This document shows positions 29,542-43,485 of a stretch of 64,000 nucleotides of DNA, piece after piece (within the stretch, counting starts at the first letter, position 1; each line of letters opens with the position of its first letter). A program made the translations under genes and the position numbers. This DNA is from Candidatus Binatia bacterium. GTDB taxonomy: Bacteria; Desulfobacterota; Binatia; Bin18. The stretch covers positions 32,001 to 96,000 of the forward strand of contig CAXXHG010000015.1 in assembly GCA_963666315.2 (NCBI GenBank), read 5' to 3'. The notes under the pieces were generated by a model. It worked only from the letters and a program-made list of their open reading frames with translations. It made no database searches and was not told the DNA's origin.

Positions 29542-30375
29542 ATGACTTCAGCGGCACGCGAACGTTTCACGACTCTGGTGCTTGGGCCCGAGGGAGAGCT
29601 GAATCTTGCTGAAGCAGCACTCCTGATTGCTAAGGAAGAGCAGCCGGAACTCGACGTTACTCATTATCTGAACCGGCTGGACACACTGGCCGGCGAGGTC
29701 CGGGCGAAACTTTCGGCAGCCCCGGCCTCGGCAGACATCATCAAAAATCTCAATACGAGATTGTTTCGTGAAGAGGGCCTCAGAGGCGATGCAAACGAAT
29801 ATTATGATCCGCGCAACAGCTTCCTGAATGAAGTATTAGACCGCAAGATCGGTATCCCCATCACCCTGTCGGTCATCTATATAGAAGTGGGCCGGCGTCT
29901 GGGTCTCTCCCTCGTCGGGGTCGGTTTTCCAGGGCATTTTCTGGTCAAACACTTGGATGTGGATGGGGAACAAATCCTGGACCCATTCGTGGGTGGCGCC
30001 ACCCTTAGCGAAGAACAGCTCGCAGCACAGCTCAAAAGCATGTATGGCAACAATACCCCGTTTCTGGCCCAAATTCCTCAGCTGCTCACTCCAGCCACAA
30101 AAAAGGAAATTCTCATTCGGATGTTGCGCAACCTGAAAGGCGTGTATCTCCAAAAGGCAGACTTTACACGTGCCTTAAGCGTCATTGATCGGATCCTCTT
30201 GATTGCTCCGGACCTGGCTGTAGAGGTGCGCGACCGAGGAGCCATCCACCAACGGCTAGGACACCTGCATGGGGCGATCCACGACTTCAAAAAATACCTT
30301 GAGCTAGAGCCAAAATCCGAGGATGCAGCTGGGATTCGAGCCCTGATTCAGCGCTCGATCGCACAACTCAACTAG
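29542..30375 (+). CDS. SirB1-family transglutaminase-like/TPR protein
   Basis: YYDPRNSFL, GIPITL, FPGHFL and RMLRNLK motifs. Confidence 0.92.
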   Translation: MTSAARERFTTLVLGPEGELNLAEAALLIAKEEQPELDVTHYLNRLDTLAGEVRAKLSAAPASADIIKNLNTRLFREEGLRGDANEYYDPRNSFLNEVLDRKIGIPITLSVIYIEVGRRLGLSLVGVGFPGHFLVKHLDVDGEQILDPFVGGATLSEEQLAAQLKSMYGNNTPFLAQIPQLLTPATKKEILIRMLRNLKGVYLQKADFTRALSVIDRILLIAPDLAVEVRDRGAIHQRLGHLHGAIHDFKKYLELEPKSEDAAGIRALIQRSIAQLN

Positions 30376-30443
30376 TACGTGGTTCACACTGGGTACGCGC
30401 TTCGCACTCGGTGCGCCGCTCGCGTCATTAGAATGAGCTGACG

Positions 30444-30869
30444 ATGGTCCAGATTATCCGGGTCTCGGCCGGCATCCTGACCCGGCCCTCTCAACTCCTC
30501 ATCTGCCAACGCTGGGCGGATGACTTGCATGCGCTCAAGTGGGAATTTCCGGGCGGCAAGCTGAACAACGGCGAAAATGATGCCGCCTGTCTGCGCCGGG
30601 AGCTACAGGAAGAGCTGGGGATTCAGGCCTCAATCGGTACCGAACTCTACCACACCTCTCACACCTACCCTACTGGTCGCAGTGTGGCACTGACTTTTTT
30701 CCACGTCCCCACGTTCCAAGGTCAGCTCGTCAACCACGTTTTTGAGACGCTCTTATGGGTTAAGCTACCGCAGCTTCGGCAATACGATTTTCTTGAAGGC
30801 AACGCGGAGCTTGTGACCCTCTTGGCTCAGGGCCGTTGGAATTCTCTATTCTTCACGCAATACAGCTAG
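30444..30869 (+). CDS. NUDIX hydrolase, MutT/NudG-like
   Basis: WEFPGGK...CLRRELQEELG Nudix box. Confidence 0.9.
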   Translation: MVQIIRVSAGILTRPSQLLICQRWADDLHALKWEFPGGKLNNGENDAACLRRELQEELGIQASIGTELYHTSHTYPTGRSVALTFFHVPTFQGQLVNHVFETLLWVKLPQLRQYDFLEGNAELVTLLAQGRWNSLFFTQYS

Positions 30870-31072
30870 GCGATGTTGCCGCCCTGCTGTCCATGTATCC
30901 CCGCTGCCCTTTTTCGGCACAGCCCTACAACGTATTGGTTTAATTAAATTTTCGTCTCATTCCGCCATTTAGGAAATCGAGAGATCTACCGATAGGTTCA
31001 AGCGATGCAGCCCTCACACATATTACGTACTTCTACGGAACCCTCGACTCAGTCCGCCGGCACCCTCCCAAC

Positions 31073-34910
<3,838 letters not shown>

Positions 34911-35002
34911 CAAGTCGGGAACGATCGAAACCGGCTCTACACAGCCTAGCGGGCTGCTCCGCGTGCCCGGGATCAGGGGCCAGAGATCGGGGGATTGCTG
35001 CC

Positions 35003-36049
35003 TCACACCTTGAACCGAAAATGCACCACGTCACCATCCTGTATGACGTACGCCTTGCCTTCGAGGCGCATTTTCCCGGCATCCCGACAACCCGACTCAC
35101 CTCCGCGTTGGATATACTCGTCGTAGGCGATGACTTCGGCTCGAATAAAGCCGCGTTCGATATCTGAGTGGATTTTCCCCGCGGCTTGTACCGCAGTCGT
35201 CCCGCACTCTATCGTCCATGCTCGAGCTTCCATAGGACCGGCGGTGAAAAAGCTCATGAGGTTTAACATGCGGTAGGCGTACTGGATAAAACGATCTCGC
35301 CCGGACTCTTCTACACCCAGGTCGGCGAGGAACAGGCCCCGCTCTTCTTCTTCAAGTTCCGCAATTTCCATCTCCACCTTGCCACAGATAGGCACCACAG
35401 TGAGTGCCTGCTCTTCGATATAGGCGGCCACCTCCTCAGGCAGGGGCGTTGGCATCTCGCCCTCTTCTCGGTTGTAGACAATAAGCAAAGGCTTCTGGCT
35501 AAGAAAGGCAAAGCCGGACAGCAGCATTTCTTCTTCCGGATAAAATGACTCTCCACGGAGCGGTTTCTCGTCTTCCAGGATAGCCTGGCATTTCTCCAAC
35601 AACGCCTGCTCCCGTTCTTTACCCTTTTCCTTGCGCACCCGTTCCAGGCGTTTCTCAATCACGCCCATGTCAGCCAGAATCAATTCGGCCTGAAACCCGC
35701 GCAGGTCGCGCAGCGGTTCAGCTCGTGTAGCGGCCATGGGATCGTCAAAGGCAGCCACCACTTGAGTGAGCGCTTCGACCTCGCGCATTTGGGTCAGCGA
35801 ACGCGTATCCAACGCTGCTTTTCGTTCTTCAGACGGCGGGAAATCCAAAAATGTGACTTCGGCATACTTTTTTCGATCGGGCTCAACGATTTTAGCTAAC
35901 GCATCAACGCGCGGGTCGGGGACTATCTGCACAGCAATGGCCGCCTCCCGTTTTGTCTCAAAGCTACCGACCTCTGCACTCATGCCTGTCAGCACATTGA
36001 AAATGGTTGTTTTTCCTGATCGTGCAAATCCGACTAAGCCTACTTTCAT
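35003..36049 (-). CDS. ychF: YchF-family ATPase (DUF933)
   Basis: GFARSGKTT, VPDPRVD, FFTAG, AGKIHSD, GFIRAEV and EGKAY motifs. Confidence 0.88.
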   Translation of the reverse strand: MKVGLVGFARSGKTTIFNVLTGMSAEVGSFETKREAAIAVQIVPDPRVDALAKIVEPDRKKYAEVTFLDFPPSEERKAALDTRSLTQMREVEALTQVVAAFDDPMAATRAEPLRDLRGFQAELILADMGVIEKRLERVRKEKGKEREQALLEKCQAILEDEKPLRGESFYPEEEMLLSGFAFLSQKPLLIVYNREEGEMPTPLPEEVAAYIEEQALTVVPICGKVEMEIAELEEEERGLFLADLGVEESGRDRFIQYAYRMLNLMSFFTAGPMEARAWTIECGTTAVQAAGKIHSDIERGFIRAEVIAYDEYIQRGGESGCRDAGKMRLEGKAYVIQDGDVVHFRFKV

Positions 36050-36141
36050 ACGCCGGAGTCTAGCAGGTTCACAGCAGGCGATCACCCAGCCCGCTCGCAG
36101 GCGCATGATTCCCTTTCCATGGGCATGCCTATCCTTATTTG

Positions 36142-36168
36142 TGTCAACCCTGCGCAAGCAGGTATCCA
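36142..36168. repeat. REP-like palindrome
   Basis: GTCAACCCTGCGCAAGCAGGTATCCAG. Confidence 0.5.
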
Positions 36169-36224
36169 GGCTTATCGGACAAGACCGAATTTTGTTAATA
36201 GCTCTCAGGACGAAAGGCGGGTCC

Positions 36225-37307
36225 CTAACGCCGGAATTCCTGAATGGAGGTGGCAGGAGTGCCGTCTTTGCGTAGAATCTGACGAGTCACTGAACGTGTC
36301 ATGGCTCCGAACGTTGGCATCCAACACGAATGCCGGCCGGGACCACCGACAACGATGACCATCAGCCGGTCGGGCTTACGGATGAGTGGAATGGCGTCCT
36401 CGTTGGAGAAAGCATCGTCTGGGGTGAATCCCATGCCGATCATGCCACCGGTCTCCCATTTGTCGCGCGGTACACGGGCGTGCTCAAAGACATAGGCGCG
36501 GATATCGTCTTTACTCATGCCGTCTCGGGCTAAGATCGCGGCATGCTCCGGTCCAAGCGCTAGAATAGGTTCGCCAAATGCATAGGCATTGTTTGAGCCC
36601 ATGCCGGCCATGGTAGTGGCGATAGTCGTCAGAATCCCTGGGGCCGCACTACTGATGTGATCATTAATATTATGCGGCCCCTCTGCACCACAGACGGTCA
36701 CCGTACTCGTCTCTGCGCCAAAGCCACGTTCGACATGTAGAGGGCCCCACGGGTTCTCTTCTTCGTTCTCAGCAATGCAATAGCTATACTTCGACGGCTG
36801 ACCTTGCGTAGAGCGGTCCAACACCCCCGGCGTCGCGCCTCCAATATTCAGTAACGCTAACCGGATAGCCCGGCCGATAGTTGCGTTGGGCCGCCAGCCT
36901 TGTCCAAAGGCGTTATAGCCCGCATTGACTCCGATCTCCGCAGCAATCGGACCATTCAGGATCAGCAGGGGAGCGCACGGATGGGTCGTACTCTGTACCC
37001 CGTACAAATTGAAGGATTCCTCGAGTAGCGCCTCGACCGCGGCAATGATCACCGGGAAGTATTCGGGTACACAGCCCGCCATGACTGCGTTAATTGCTAA
37101 TTTCTCGACTGTGGCGATACCGTATTTTGGCGGCATCGACCCCAGTTCGTCTTGGGGGTCACGGTCCGTCCATGCCAGTATTTTTTCGACTCGTTCTGAA
37201 GTTGGCGGAATGATTGGTAACCCGTCCGTCCAGCCTCGGTCGTAGAACCAGTCGTTGACGGCTTCGATGGAATCATCAAGGGGAATTTTTTCAGCAGCAA
37301 AATCCAT
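36225..37307 (-). CDS. Conserved protein typically partnered with UGSC-family proteins
   Basis: GWTDGLPIIPPT, AINAVMAGC, NATIGRA and AENEE.NPW motifs; directly downstream of the UGSC gene. Confidence 0.85.
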   Translation of the reverse strand: MDFAAEKIPLDDSIEAVNDWFYDRGWTDGLPIIPPTSERVEKILAWTDRDPQDELGSMPPKYGIATVEKLAINAVMAGCVPEYFPVIIAAVEALLEESFNLYGVQSTTHPCAPLLILNGPIAAEIGVNAGYNAFGQGWRPNATIGRAIRLALLNIGGATPGVLDRSTQGQPSKYSYCIAENEEENPWGPLHVERGFGAETSTVTVCGAEGPHNINDHISSAAPGILTTIATTMAGMGSNNAYAFGEPILALGPEHAAILARDGMSKDDIRAYVFEHARVPRDKWETGGMIGMGFTPDDAFSNEDAIPLIRKPDRLMVIVVGGPGRHSCWMPTFGAMTRSVTRQILRKDGTPATSIQEFRR

Positions 37308-37326
37308 AGTATTAATAGTATTATCT

Positions 37327-37398
37327 GTAGGGGCGAAGCATTCGCCGAACAGAAGAGCAAACTGCCAGAGGTGTTAGGCTCGAATGCTTCGCCCCTAT
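37327..37398. repeat. GTAG-type REP with a long spacer
   Basis: GTAGGGGCGAAGCATTCG...CGAATGCTTCGCCCCTAT. Confidence 0.85.
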
Positions 37399-37429
37399 CC
37401 GTTCTCGCATGACGCGACGGCGAAATGTG

Positions 37430-38029
37430 CTATGCCGACGCGCGCTTAATCCTTTTGTCAGCAGGTTTTAGAAACCGGCCACGGTACTCTTCGGCCAATT
37501 TTTCTGCCGGCTGGGTCAGAATAGCCAGGATCTCGTCAACAACGGCAGCCGCCTTTTCTTGCACCAGGTCTGGTTTATTCCCAGCTAAGGGATGTGGGAT
37601 CACGACAATCGGGACGCTGCCCATGCCCAGCGTACGAGACTCTGCCCGTCCCAGCGGGGCAAATTCATCACTACAAATGACGGCAGTCGGGATGCCTTGT
37701 TTTTCGAGTTCAATCGTGTCGTGGAGACCCCACGACGTGCACGACCCTCAATCGCCGATTGCAGCGACGACAACAGCGCAGGTTGAAAGACGCGCCATGA
37801 CCTCTTCGGGCGCAGCCAGCGCTGCGTTCTTTTCGCCCTTCAGCACGCTGAAACCCCCACACCGCTCATGCAGCAGGGACTCGACATGTTCGAGTAGCAG
37901 TCCCGCGTTTGCCTTGCGGTTGTTGAGGAAGCCGATGGTCTTGCCCTGAATATTTCCATCTCGTCGAGCAAGCGGCCGTTCGCTTGTACGGATTTCCGCT
38001 ATCGGACTGAGTACTTCAATCTGTGCCAT
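37430..38029 (-). CDS. UGSC-family selenoprotein
   Basis: AIGD-TGA(37750-37748)-GSCTSW joins two listed ORFs in frame; GGAGG RBS; hairpin GTCGTGG-GGTCT-CCACGAC after the TGA. Confidence 0.92.
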
Positions 38030-38148
38030 CGCAACCTCCCTCGCCTTCTTTGCTATATAATCGAACCCTCTTGCCTGCGCAATGGAACGCCGGCTAAAGA
38101 TTCGACGGGTAAGCCTGCACGCCGGTAAGCGGGTAAGGATGAATCGAT

Positions 38149-38754
38149 ATGGCAAATGTGAAAATCCCGCTCTATTACGACTACGCGTCCTCGCTCAGCT
38201 ATGTGGCAAAACGGGTGATGCAGCAACTCGACGGTCAGCTCGAAATCGATCTGGTATGGAAAGGTGTACAAATCGCTCGGCGTCACAAAGGCTGGAAGAA
38301 TGGTGAGATGATTGGTGATGAAGTCAAAGGTAAAATCGTTCGTATCTCACGGGATACGGGCGTTCCAGTTCGTATCCCGGCAAAATGGCTAGACTCATCC
38401 TATGCGCTGGAGGGCGCCGAGTTTGCCAAAGATCATAATCTCTTCCCTGAGTATCATGAGGCTGTTTTTGCTGCCGCGTTTGAGCAGAGTAAGGACATCG
38501 GAGAGCTGACGACACTGCTGGATATTGCCGAACAAGTCGGTTTATCTGGCGCTGCATTAGAATCATCCTTACAGTCCGGAAATATCGCCAAACGGGTAGA
38601 CGACACCGAGCAAGAAGCCGCGACATTCGGCGTAGTCGGCTATCCGACTTTCATGCTGGGCGAATTTCCGTTGATTGGCATCCAGCCGGCAGAGACCATG
38701 CGGCTGTTGATTCAGCGCTATGTAGAAAAAGCCAGAGAGCAGGTAGGACATTAA
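38149..38754 (+). CDS. DsbA/FrnE-like thioredoxin-fold protein lacking CxxC
   Basis: [10 protein letters not shown] at the CPxC position and a GVVGYPTF cis-Pro motif. Confidence 0.85.
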   Translation: MANVKIPLYYDYASSLSYVAKRVMQQLDGQLEIDLVWKGVQIARRHKGWKNGEMIGDEVKGKIVRISRDTGVPVRIPAKWLDSSYALEGAEFAKDHNLFPEYHEAVFAAAFEQSKDIGELTTLLDIAEQVGLSGAALESSLQSGNIAKRVDDTEQEAATFGVVGYPTFMLGEFPLIGIQPAETMRLLIQRYVEKAREQVGH

Positions 38755-38955
38755 GAGAGGGCGACCTCCTTCTCTCTCTCAACGAGTGGAGCCATTATCA
38801 CAGCTGAGCCCGGCCGACTGCGTATTCGACCTTCAGTATCCTGAATTGATCCTCCTGATTCACCGAGGGGTTTGGTACCAGGGAATCCATCATCCAAGGA
38901 CGGCGACCGAGAGTGTGTTAGGATAAAGAAAGTCGCAATGAGAGAGGAGAGCAAC

Positions 38956-39329
38956 ATGTTTCGTAGCTTCTGCATTATTTTATTTATCTTCTCGTTTCTC
39001 GCAGCTTTCTGGGCCTCATCAGCCTTCGCCCTGACTCCCACCGAAGTACTCAAGCTCAAAGACGCCGGGTGAGCGAGGAAACGATACAGATGATGTTACA
39101 GAATGAAGCTGAGAGCCGTATTTCGTCAGATCTGGTCGAGCACGGCTATGCGACAGACCATATGGGCTCGTGGCAGCTAAGAGACGGGCGTACGATTCAT
39201 TCAACGGGGAAGCGGCGGCTGCCGCTCGATTATCCGACCGAGTATCCCACACCGCCGCCATACGCGCCTTACGCCGATCCGCATATTATTTTGTCACCCG
39301 GTGCCGGAGGGCACGGGCATCGGAGGTAG
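38956..39329 (+). pseudogene. Small secreted protein, frameshift near 39068
   Basis: Signal peptide plus LTPTEVLKLKDAG continues as VSEETIQMM in another frame; one G appears missing from a G-run. Confidence 0.7.
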
Positions 39330-39370
39330 GGGCGAGGTTCCCTCGCCCAGGCAGTATTCCTTCACCCCTA
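39326..39370. repeat. GTAG-type REP
   Basis: GTAGGGGCGAGGTTCCCTCGCCC...CCCCTA between convergent genes. Confidence 0.65.
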
Positions 39371-40141
39371 TTAAAACTGCACAGAGAAACCTTCGCGCTC
39401 ATTGTTCTCTTTATCGATCACAGAAGTCCGGGCCGAAGAGTAATTGCCAGCCGGATAATACAGAAAGCCCGATACGCTTTGCCCGGGCTCGATAGTGATA
39501 TCTTGCAGGCTGCTGCCCCCGCTGGGTGAGGACACCGGCCCCACACGGCCCCCGCCTTCCGGCACGAGAAAAATCTTACTCACCTCAATCGCATAGGGTC
39601 GCGGGGTATTATTTGTAATGGTAATGCGGACCGGCAGAACGCCACTCGACTGTATGTCTGAGCCAAGGACATTTTGTGATGCAAAGTTATCCAGCGGTAC
39701 AATGGAGAACTGCAGCGTCCCCGCTTCCGGATTCTTCGCTTCATAGGCTTCACGCTGCTTCAGCATGTGAAACGTCACCGGAAAGCTATTCACAAAATGG
39801 TGCGGGCGCTCACCCGCCCCAAGCAGCCCGGACAATGCGCCCGCATTCTGTGCATTAATGTTTGCTCCGCTCTCGCTACACGAGACCGTGACAATGCCAC
39901 CCATGGCCTTCTCTTTTGTTGCCTCAAACCGACCGGCGCGGCCGGGCGCGGCGAGCGTATACGAGGTAAGCGTATACCCCATTGTTTGTATGGACTTATT
40001 CACCAGGCGATTCGCCTCCTCACACGAGGCTGCGGTGAGTTTGGGTTTCTCTATAACAACCCGAGACGGAGTTTTTGAGGCGGCACACCCCAGGATAAAG
40101 AGCGGCAGGGTAAAATAGAGTATGTGAACGAGCATCTTCAT
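39371..40141 (-). CDS. Hypothetical lipoprotein
   Basis: Lipobox ILGC after a hydrophobic signal sequence. Confidence 0.8.
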   Translation of the reverse strand: MKMLVHILYFTLPLFILGCAASKTPSRVVIEKPKLTAASCEEANRLVNKSIQTMGYTLTSYTLAAPGRAGRFEATKEKAMGGIVTVSCSESGANINAQNAGALSGLLGAGERPHHFVNSFPVTFHMLKQREAYEAKNPEAGTLQFSIVPLDNFASQNVLGSDIQSSGVLPVRITITNNTPRPYAIEVSKIFLVPEGGGRVGPVSSPSGGSSLQDITIEPGQSVSGFLYYPAGNYSSARTSVIDKENNEREGFSVQF

Positions 40142-40339
40142 CGACCTTGCTCCTTACTGCGGCACGTAAAGTAGGCGCATAGTACCACACGCCATATTGT
40201 GGAGCGACTCCGGTAGCCCGCTTGCCTGAGTCCTGACCTACCCTTCCCGCGCTGGGGAAAAGCATATACACTCCGTGCCCGTCAGCGTGCAGTTATTGTA
40301 TTCACACGTGACATGAACGGGACATTGGAGGGCCTAGGC

Positions 40340-41128
40340 ATGGAATTCAAAGAGGTCGTTGGGCGCAGACGTTCTATTCGCTATTTCCTCCCCTGGAGGC
40401 CGGTCGAACGCGATAAAGTACAGACCATCCTCGAAGCCGCTCGCCTGGCGAGCCGAGCCGGGAATGCCGATTTTGCGCGTGCCATTGTTGTCCAACGGGA
40501 TGACCTGGCTCAGGCTGATCTCGAGTCCCTGACACTGCCAGTGAACGCCGGCATGATCCAAATGGCCCCTATTCACATCTATTGGTGGGGTGATCTGCAG
40601 GCCTTTGCGCATGACATGCCGCCTCGGGCTAAAGAGCAGGTTGATATCGGCGTGCTCAATATTAGTCATGGCTGGACGCACAAATTCATTAATGAGGTCG
40701 CCTATCCCCAAGTCGTCCAGGCGTTTAGTTCAGACGACGTGCTGTGCGCAAAGGTCACCGGCTGCGAGTCTGGCATCGCGATCTCACAAGCCCTCCTCGC
40801 CGCCGTGGACGAAGGACTCGGTACGATGCTGTGCACCTACCCTGAAGAACCTGCGCGTCAGGTCTTTGGTGTTCCGGATCACTGGACAGCGCTGTGGGTC
40901 CAATTTGTTGGCTATCCGGCCGAGAGCTGGGAGGCGGGCGGCCAACGGCCACGACCGCCGCTGGGAGAACTCTTCCACGAAGGACACTATGGCAAACCGT
41001 TCCGTGGCACGGAAGAAGCAGCCGCACGGCTGCGCGCTGAGAAAATGATACAAGATCCGGCGCCGCTGCCTTGGCGCAAGGAGGAAGTGCGCGCAGTCAG
41101 CCGTATGCTGGGCTTGCCAGAAGAATAA
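40340..41128 (+). CDS. Nitroreductase-family protein (copy 1)
   Basis: RRRSIR, LEAARLAS, LAAVDEGLG and VGYP motifs. Confidence 0.92.
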   Translation: MEFKEVVGRRRSIRYFLPWRPVERDKVQTILEAARLASRAGNADFARAIVVQRDDLAQADLESLTLPVNAGMIQMAPIHIYWWGDLQAFAHDMPPRAKEQVDIGVLNISHGWTHKFINEVAYPQVVQAFSSDDVLCAKVTGCESGIAISQALLAAVDEGLGTMLCTYPEEPARQVFGVPDHWTALWVQFVGYPAESWEAGGQRPRPPLGELFHEGHYGKPFRGTEEAAARLRAEKMIQDPAPLPWRKEEVRAVSRMLGLPEE

Positions 41129-41160
41129 TGCAGTATTGAAACTAGAGGAGCAGCCTATCC

Positions 41161-41505
41161 ATGCCAGCAGATATAGAAAACACACAAACAGTCCAAACCT
41201 GGCTGGCTGGCCTCGAAGACCAGTCCGGCGTCTCGCGCGAAGAAGGTTTACAGCGGCTGGCTGTCTTAACTGTGTTCTGTACCTTAGTGGAAAAAAAACC
41301 CGACCAAATCATTGACGAGTGTCTGCGTGAGGTCAATGGCGGGAAAAGGATCCGCGCCAAAGGCCGGCGTCTGTACGCTGCCAAAATCTCTGAGTTTGAG
41401 CAACAGGTCGAGGGCGGAGCTGGCGAGAAACGACAAAAAGGAAACTATATTCGGAGCTTTTTGATCCATAACGGGGTACTGCTGCAGACCAGTCCTTTGT
41501 TGTAA
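41161..41505 (+). CDS. Small hypothetical protein (copy 1), RSFxIHNG motif
   Basis: GAGGAG RBS; paralogous to 42443-42769. Confidence 0.85.
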   Translation: MPADIENTQTVQTWLAGLEDQSGVSREEGLQRLAVLTVFCTLVEKKPDQIIDECLREVNGGKRIRAKGRRLYAAKISEFEQQVEGGAGEKRQKGNYIRSFLIHNGVLLQTSPLL

Positions 41506-41534
41506 CCGGCACGCTAGCCGCCAAGGAGAACACA

Positions 41535-42367
41535 ATCGATTTTCTCGAAGTTGTTGGATCGCGACGCAGTATTCGGATTTTCAAGCCGTGGGAGCAGGTC
41601 GAGCGGGAAAAAATCCAGTGTATTCTAGAAGCCGTCCGTTTGACGAGCTGCCCAGGCAACCTCCAGCCCTAGCGGGCCATTGTTGTTGAGCGGGATAGGC
41701 TGTCAAAAGAGGACCGAGAGGCTCTGCTTGCTGCGGATAATTACCAAGGCGCGCACGTCAATGCTCCAGTCTGGATCTACTGGTTTGCCGATGTCGATGG
41801 CTCAACAGCAGACACGTTTCGGCAACGCGTCCACGAGCTGGTTGACCTCGGGGCACTGCCGACCTTCTACGGCTGGACGCACGAAGCCATTGATTCGGCT
41901 ATTGTCAAAGGCGAGACTGCACCCGAAGGCATGCCTGCCGTGCATACACTGATTCACAACCTACCCCGTGAAGCCGCAGAGGCGGTTGCCCGACAGGAGA
42001 CTGTGGGGGCATGTGCGGTCGCCCTACTCGCCGCCGTCAACGAAGGTCTCGGCACCTGCCTGCATATGGCGGCCTCGGCCGAAAGGATTCCTACGCTGCA
42101 CAAAGTCCTGAACGCGCCTGAAGGCTGGGTGCCGGTGTGGTGTCAATTCGTGGGCTATCCGGCGGAAGAAAAGGAAGCCGGTGGGCAGCGGCCGCGCTTG
42201 CCATTTGAGACGCTGTATTTTGATGGTGTTTACGGCAAACCGTATGCACGCGACGCAAAAATCGTTGAAGAGCTGAAACAAGAAAAGCTCATCCAAGAGC
42301 AAATGCCAAATTCGGTCGTTTTGAAGAACTCAACCATTTGGCCCGCATGTTGGGATTTCCGTTATAA
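41535..42367 (+). pseudogene. Nitroreductase-family protein (copy 2), inactivated
   Basis: AAGGAG RBS then ATC in place of ATG; GSRRSIR; TAG at 41670 in QP*RA; frameshift near 42310 before RFEELNHLARMLGFPL*. Confidence 0.88.
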
Positions 42368-42401
42368 AGAGATTGTTGCGGTAGGCTGAGTTCATCTCAG
42401 C

Positions 42402-42424
42402 GTAGGGGCGTCTAACGCCCCTAC
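42402..42424. repeat. GTAG-type REP
   Basis: GTAGGGGCGTCTAACGCCCCTAC perfect hairpin. Confidence 0.8.
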
Positions 42425-42442
42425 ACAGTGCTAACCACTATC

Positions 42443-42769
42443 ATGAACGGCCTCAAATCCTATGCGAGTGTCCAAAAGTGGATCACTAACGTGAACGGCT
42501 ATTACGACCTCAGCGACGAGGAATGGACAGGCCGCCTCCAGATGTTGGCTGACTTCTGTCAGTCAGAGGAGCAAGATCCGGACGCTATGATGACACACGC
42601 TCTGGCCGACAAGGGCGAAAAAATCGACTTCATCCGCCGCCTTAAGAAATTTGTCAAAAGCCAAACGACAAACCCACGCCTCGGTCACGATATGGAAAAT
42701 ATCGTGCGTTCCTTTTTTATCCATAATGGCGCGCGGGTGGTGACGCGTCCGTATCGCGATAGCGCGTAG
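42443..42769 (+). CDS. Small hypothetical protein (copy 2), RSFxIHNG motif
   Basis: Shares VQxW, RLxxLxxFC, PD and NxxRSFxIHNG with copy 1. Confidence 0.82.
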   Translation: MNGLKSYASVQKWITNVNGYYDLSDEEWTGRLQMLADFCQSEEQDPDAMMTHALADKGEKIDFIRRLKKFVKSQTTNPRLGHDMENIVRSFFIHNGARVVTRPYRDSA

Positions 42770-42809
42770 CGTAGTATCCCGATGACGCGTAGGGCAGTAC
42801 GAACGCCCT

Positions 42810-43406
42810 CTACCTCTCGTCCGTTTCAAGCGACTCCTTAAACTCCTTGAGGTCGTGCAGCGTCGCAATAATGTCACGCAAGGAGTAGTGCGCGTTGCGT
42901 GGGCTGGTGGATGGAATGGCAAACACATGCGCGCCGCCAAAGCGGTGGTCACGGTCGCCCAGCCCAGCGTCTTTACCGCAACAGATCCGATAGCCCGTTA
43001 GCCCCACAAAACACACAATCTGAGGTCTATAGTCCAGAATTTTTTCGCGTAGCACCTTTGCTCCGCGCCGGAATTCGGCCTGAGAGACTTCGTGTATCCC
43101 TCCAGTCGGACGCTTCACAATATCGGTCAGACCGATCCCCCAGGTCATGAGCCGCACGTCGTCTTCGGGTCCGACCGGGTCGGGGACCAGGCCGGAGGCG
43201 GATAAGGCTGCCCAAAAGCGGTTCACTTTGTTTGCAAAATAATGCCCGACTTCGGCGGAATAGCGGCCAGGATTAAGTCCCACAAACACAATATCTAGTT
43301 TCTGTTGCAGATAGTCGGGTAAGGTCTCGCCCTGCCAGTCGTCTTGGTCTTGTTTTACACGCAGAGATTTCGATTTTTGCGTTGGCGTTGCTGGGTGTGT
43401 TTTCAT
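42810..43406 (-). CDS. mug: Mismatch-specific uracil/thymine DNA glycosylase
   Basis: LPDYL, GLNPG, NRFW, GLTD and PSTSPRN motifs. Confidence 0.93.
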   Translation of the reverse strand: MKTHPATPTQKSKSLRVKQDQDDWQGETLPDYLQQKLDIVFVGLNPGRYSAEVGHYFANKVNRFWAALSASGLVPDPVGPEDDVRLMTWGIGLTDIVKRPTGGIHEVSQAEFRRGAKVLREKILDYRPQIVCFVGLTGYRICCGKDAGLGDRDHRFGGAHVFAIPSTSPRNAHYSLRDIIATLHDLKEFKESLETDER

Positions 43407-43485
43407 GCCGATTTCCAAGGCTGTTTGTAGATGATTGTGTGCGGACGGTTTGCAGGCTATCTGCAAACCGTTTGTTATGCCCTCG

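Noticed and set aside
41670-41672. In-frame TAG as pyrrolysine or recoding
   Set aside because: It falls at a conserved Trp (TGG>TAG) in a gene that also lost its start codon and has a frameshift.
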